Shown here: positions 63,001 to 64,000 of the stretch, in pieces
How the letters are laid out: every line of letters starts with the position of its first letter
Position numbering within the stretch: the first letter of the stretch is position 1
NCBI GenBank assembly: GCA_964035545.1
Contig: OZ037765.1
Span: forward strand, 21,204,995-21,268,994
Length of the DNA stretch: 64,000 bases
DNA from: Bugula neritina
Taxonomy: Eukaryota; Animalia; Bryozoa
Direction of reading: 5' to 3'
Position numbers and translations under genes: made by a program
The notes under the pieces: model-generated
Database searches by the model: none
Told to the model about the DNA's origin: nothing
The model's input: the letters and a program-made list of their open reading frames with translations, nothing else

Positions 63001-64000
63001 ATAATTAACACGGCCTGTAAAGAAATTACCATTGTTCAGGAGGCACAAGATAGACTATAAGTTGCCCATTTGTGGCAGATTATCAACTATCTTTGAATCA
63101 CTTAAGGCTTCAAGTTTGTATTCATTATAATTGTTACAGGGTTTTATTAATTGATGGATTAACAAGATTTGGATCTGCTCATGGTGTTAAATTACATCCC
63201 AATAATGTATTGTTATTGTTTAGAGGCACCCTTACACAAATGTCAGAGTATGATTACTAATTGGGTTAACTACGTGCATTCCAGCGTCTTATGTTCATCA
63301 AAGTTATGTATACAATTTGTTTATAGATTATTTGTTAATAAATACCAATACTCTATGTGGTTCCCCACTGCAGATCTGCTTACTGTGGGTATGTCTTTGT
63401 AATTGTGAGCAAAAAGCATTGAGAATAAATTATGTTTTAAAAATAACTGACCAAAATTCGGCCACCCCAAAGTTGGGAATGTGATTTTATTACACTTGCT
63501 TGAGTAGGCAGATTAGCACTTCAAAGTTTTGTTTCTCATCGTATTGGCTTTTGATTATGACATCCCGCCATGGGATCTAAAAGGGACGTTGCTATGAAAT
63601 CTGTGTGATTTGATTGTGTTTTCTTTGCTCTCACAGTCATGGCCAAGTGAAGATTAGCCGTTAGCACTTACAAATCAACCTAATTTTAGTAGTTGAGCAA
63701 AGAAGTACTTGATTAGTACCACGTATTCTTATTGGATATCCGATAAGTTCTACCTTTGTTCCCTCGCTAAGTAAAGAGTTTTTAGCATTAGATAACTTTT
63801 GTTATCTCTATCCAGCATCTAGGCCCGTCAATTGTCTAATACACTTAATAATCTTAGAATGCTGACAACATAATAGGGCTAGATTTAGTTTTCACATATA
63901 TTTTAGACTATTGTCAATATTTGGAACTGTATATTAGATTATGAAGTATTGCACTTTGTCTGCCACACTGGATGGGTAACATATACTTGAGTCTAATCCA

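Noticed and set aside
60730-64000. Possible exons of a + strand gene (acceptor-like sites at ~60742, ~62451, ~63223, ~63636; ATGGAGTCAGTAAGC at ~62516)
   Set aside because: No recognisable protein or convincing spliced frame could be built; left uncalled.

Overview
AT-rich, intron-containing eukaryotic DNA from an animal, most likely an invertebrate; the taxon cannot be fixed from the sequence. I assembled eight spliced protein-coding genes by hand: MRPL17(-), CCDC166-like(+), ATPAF1(-), ATIC(+), ANKIB1(-), NT5C3(+), RBM24/38(-) and TM9SF1(-). The first six form three head-to-head pairs whose neighbours meet tail-to-tail. Other elements are an internally deleted mariner transposon with intact TIRs and TA TSD, a tRNA-derived SINE remnant, a U12-type intron, several minisatellites and a ~700-bp pure (GT)n. 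The most striking unexplained pattern is a 0.4-1 kb degenerate tract with 3/6-bp periodicity (A[C/G]T triplets alternating with AAT/ATT/ATA/TAT/xAT). It sits just downstream of the inferred first exon or promoter of all six housekeeping genes and brackets two bidirectional promoters symmetrically. It is absent from the two presumably tissue-restricted genes (CCDC166, RBM24). All exon calls are manual and unverified by RNA data; non-coding first exons are inferred.
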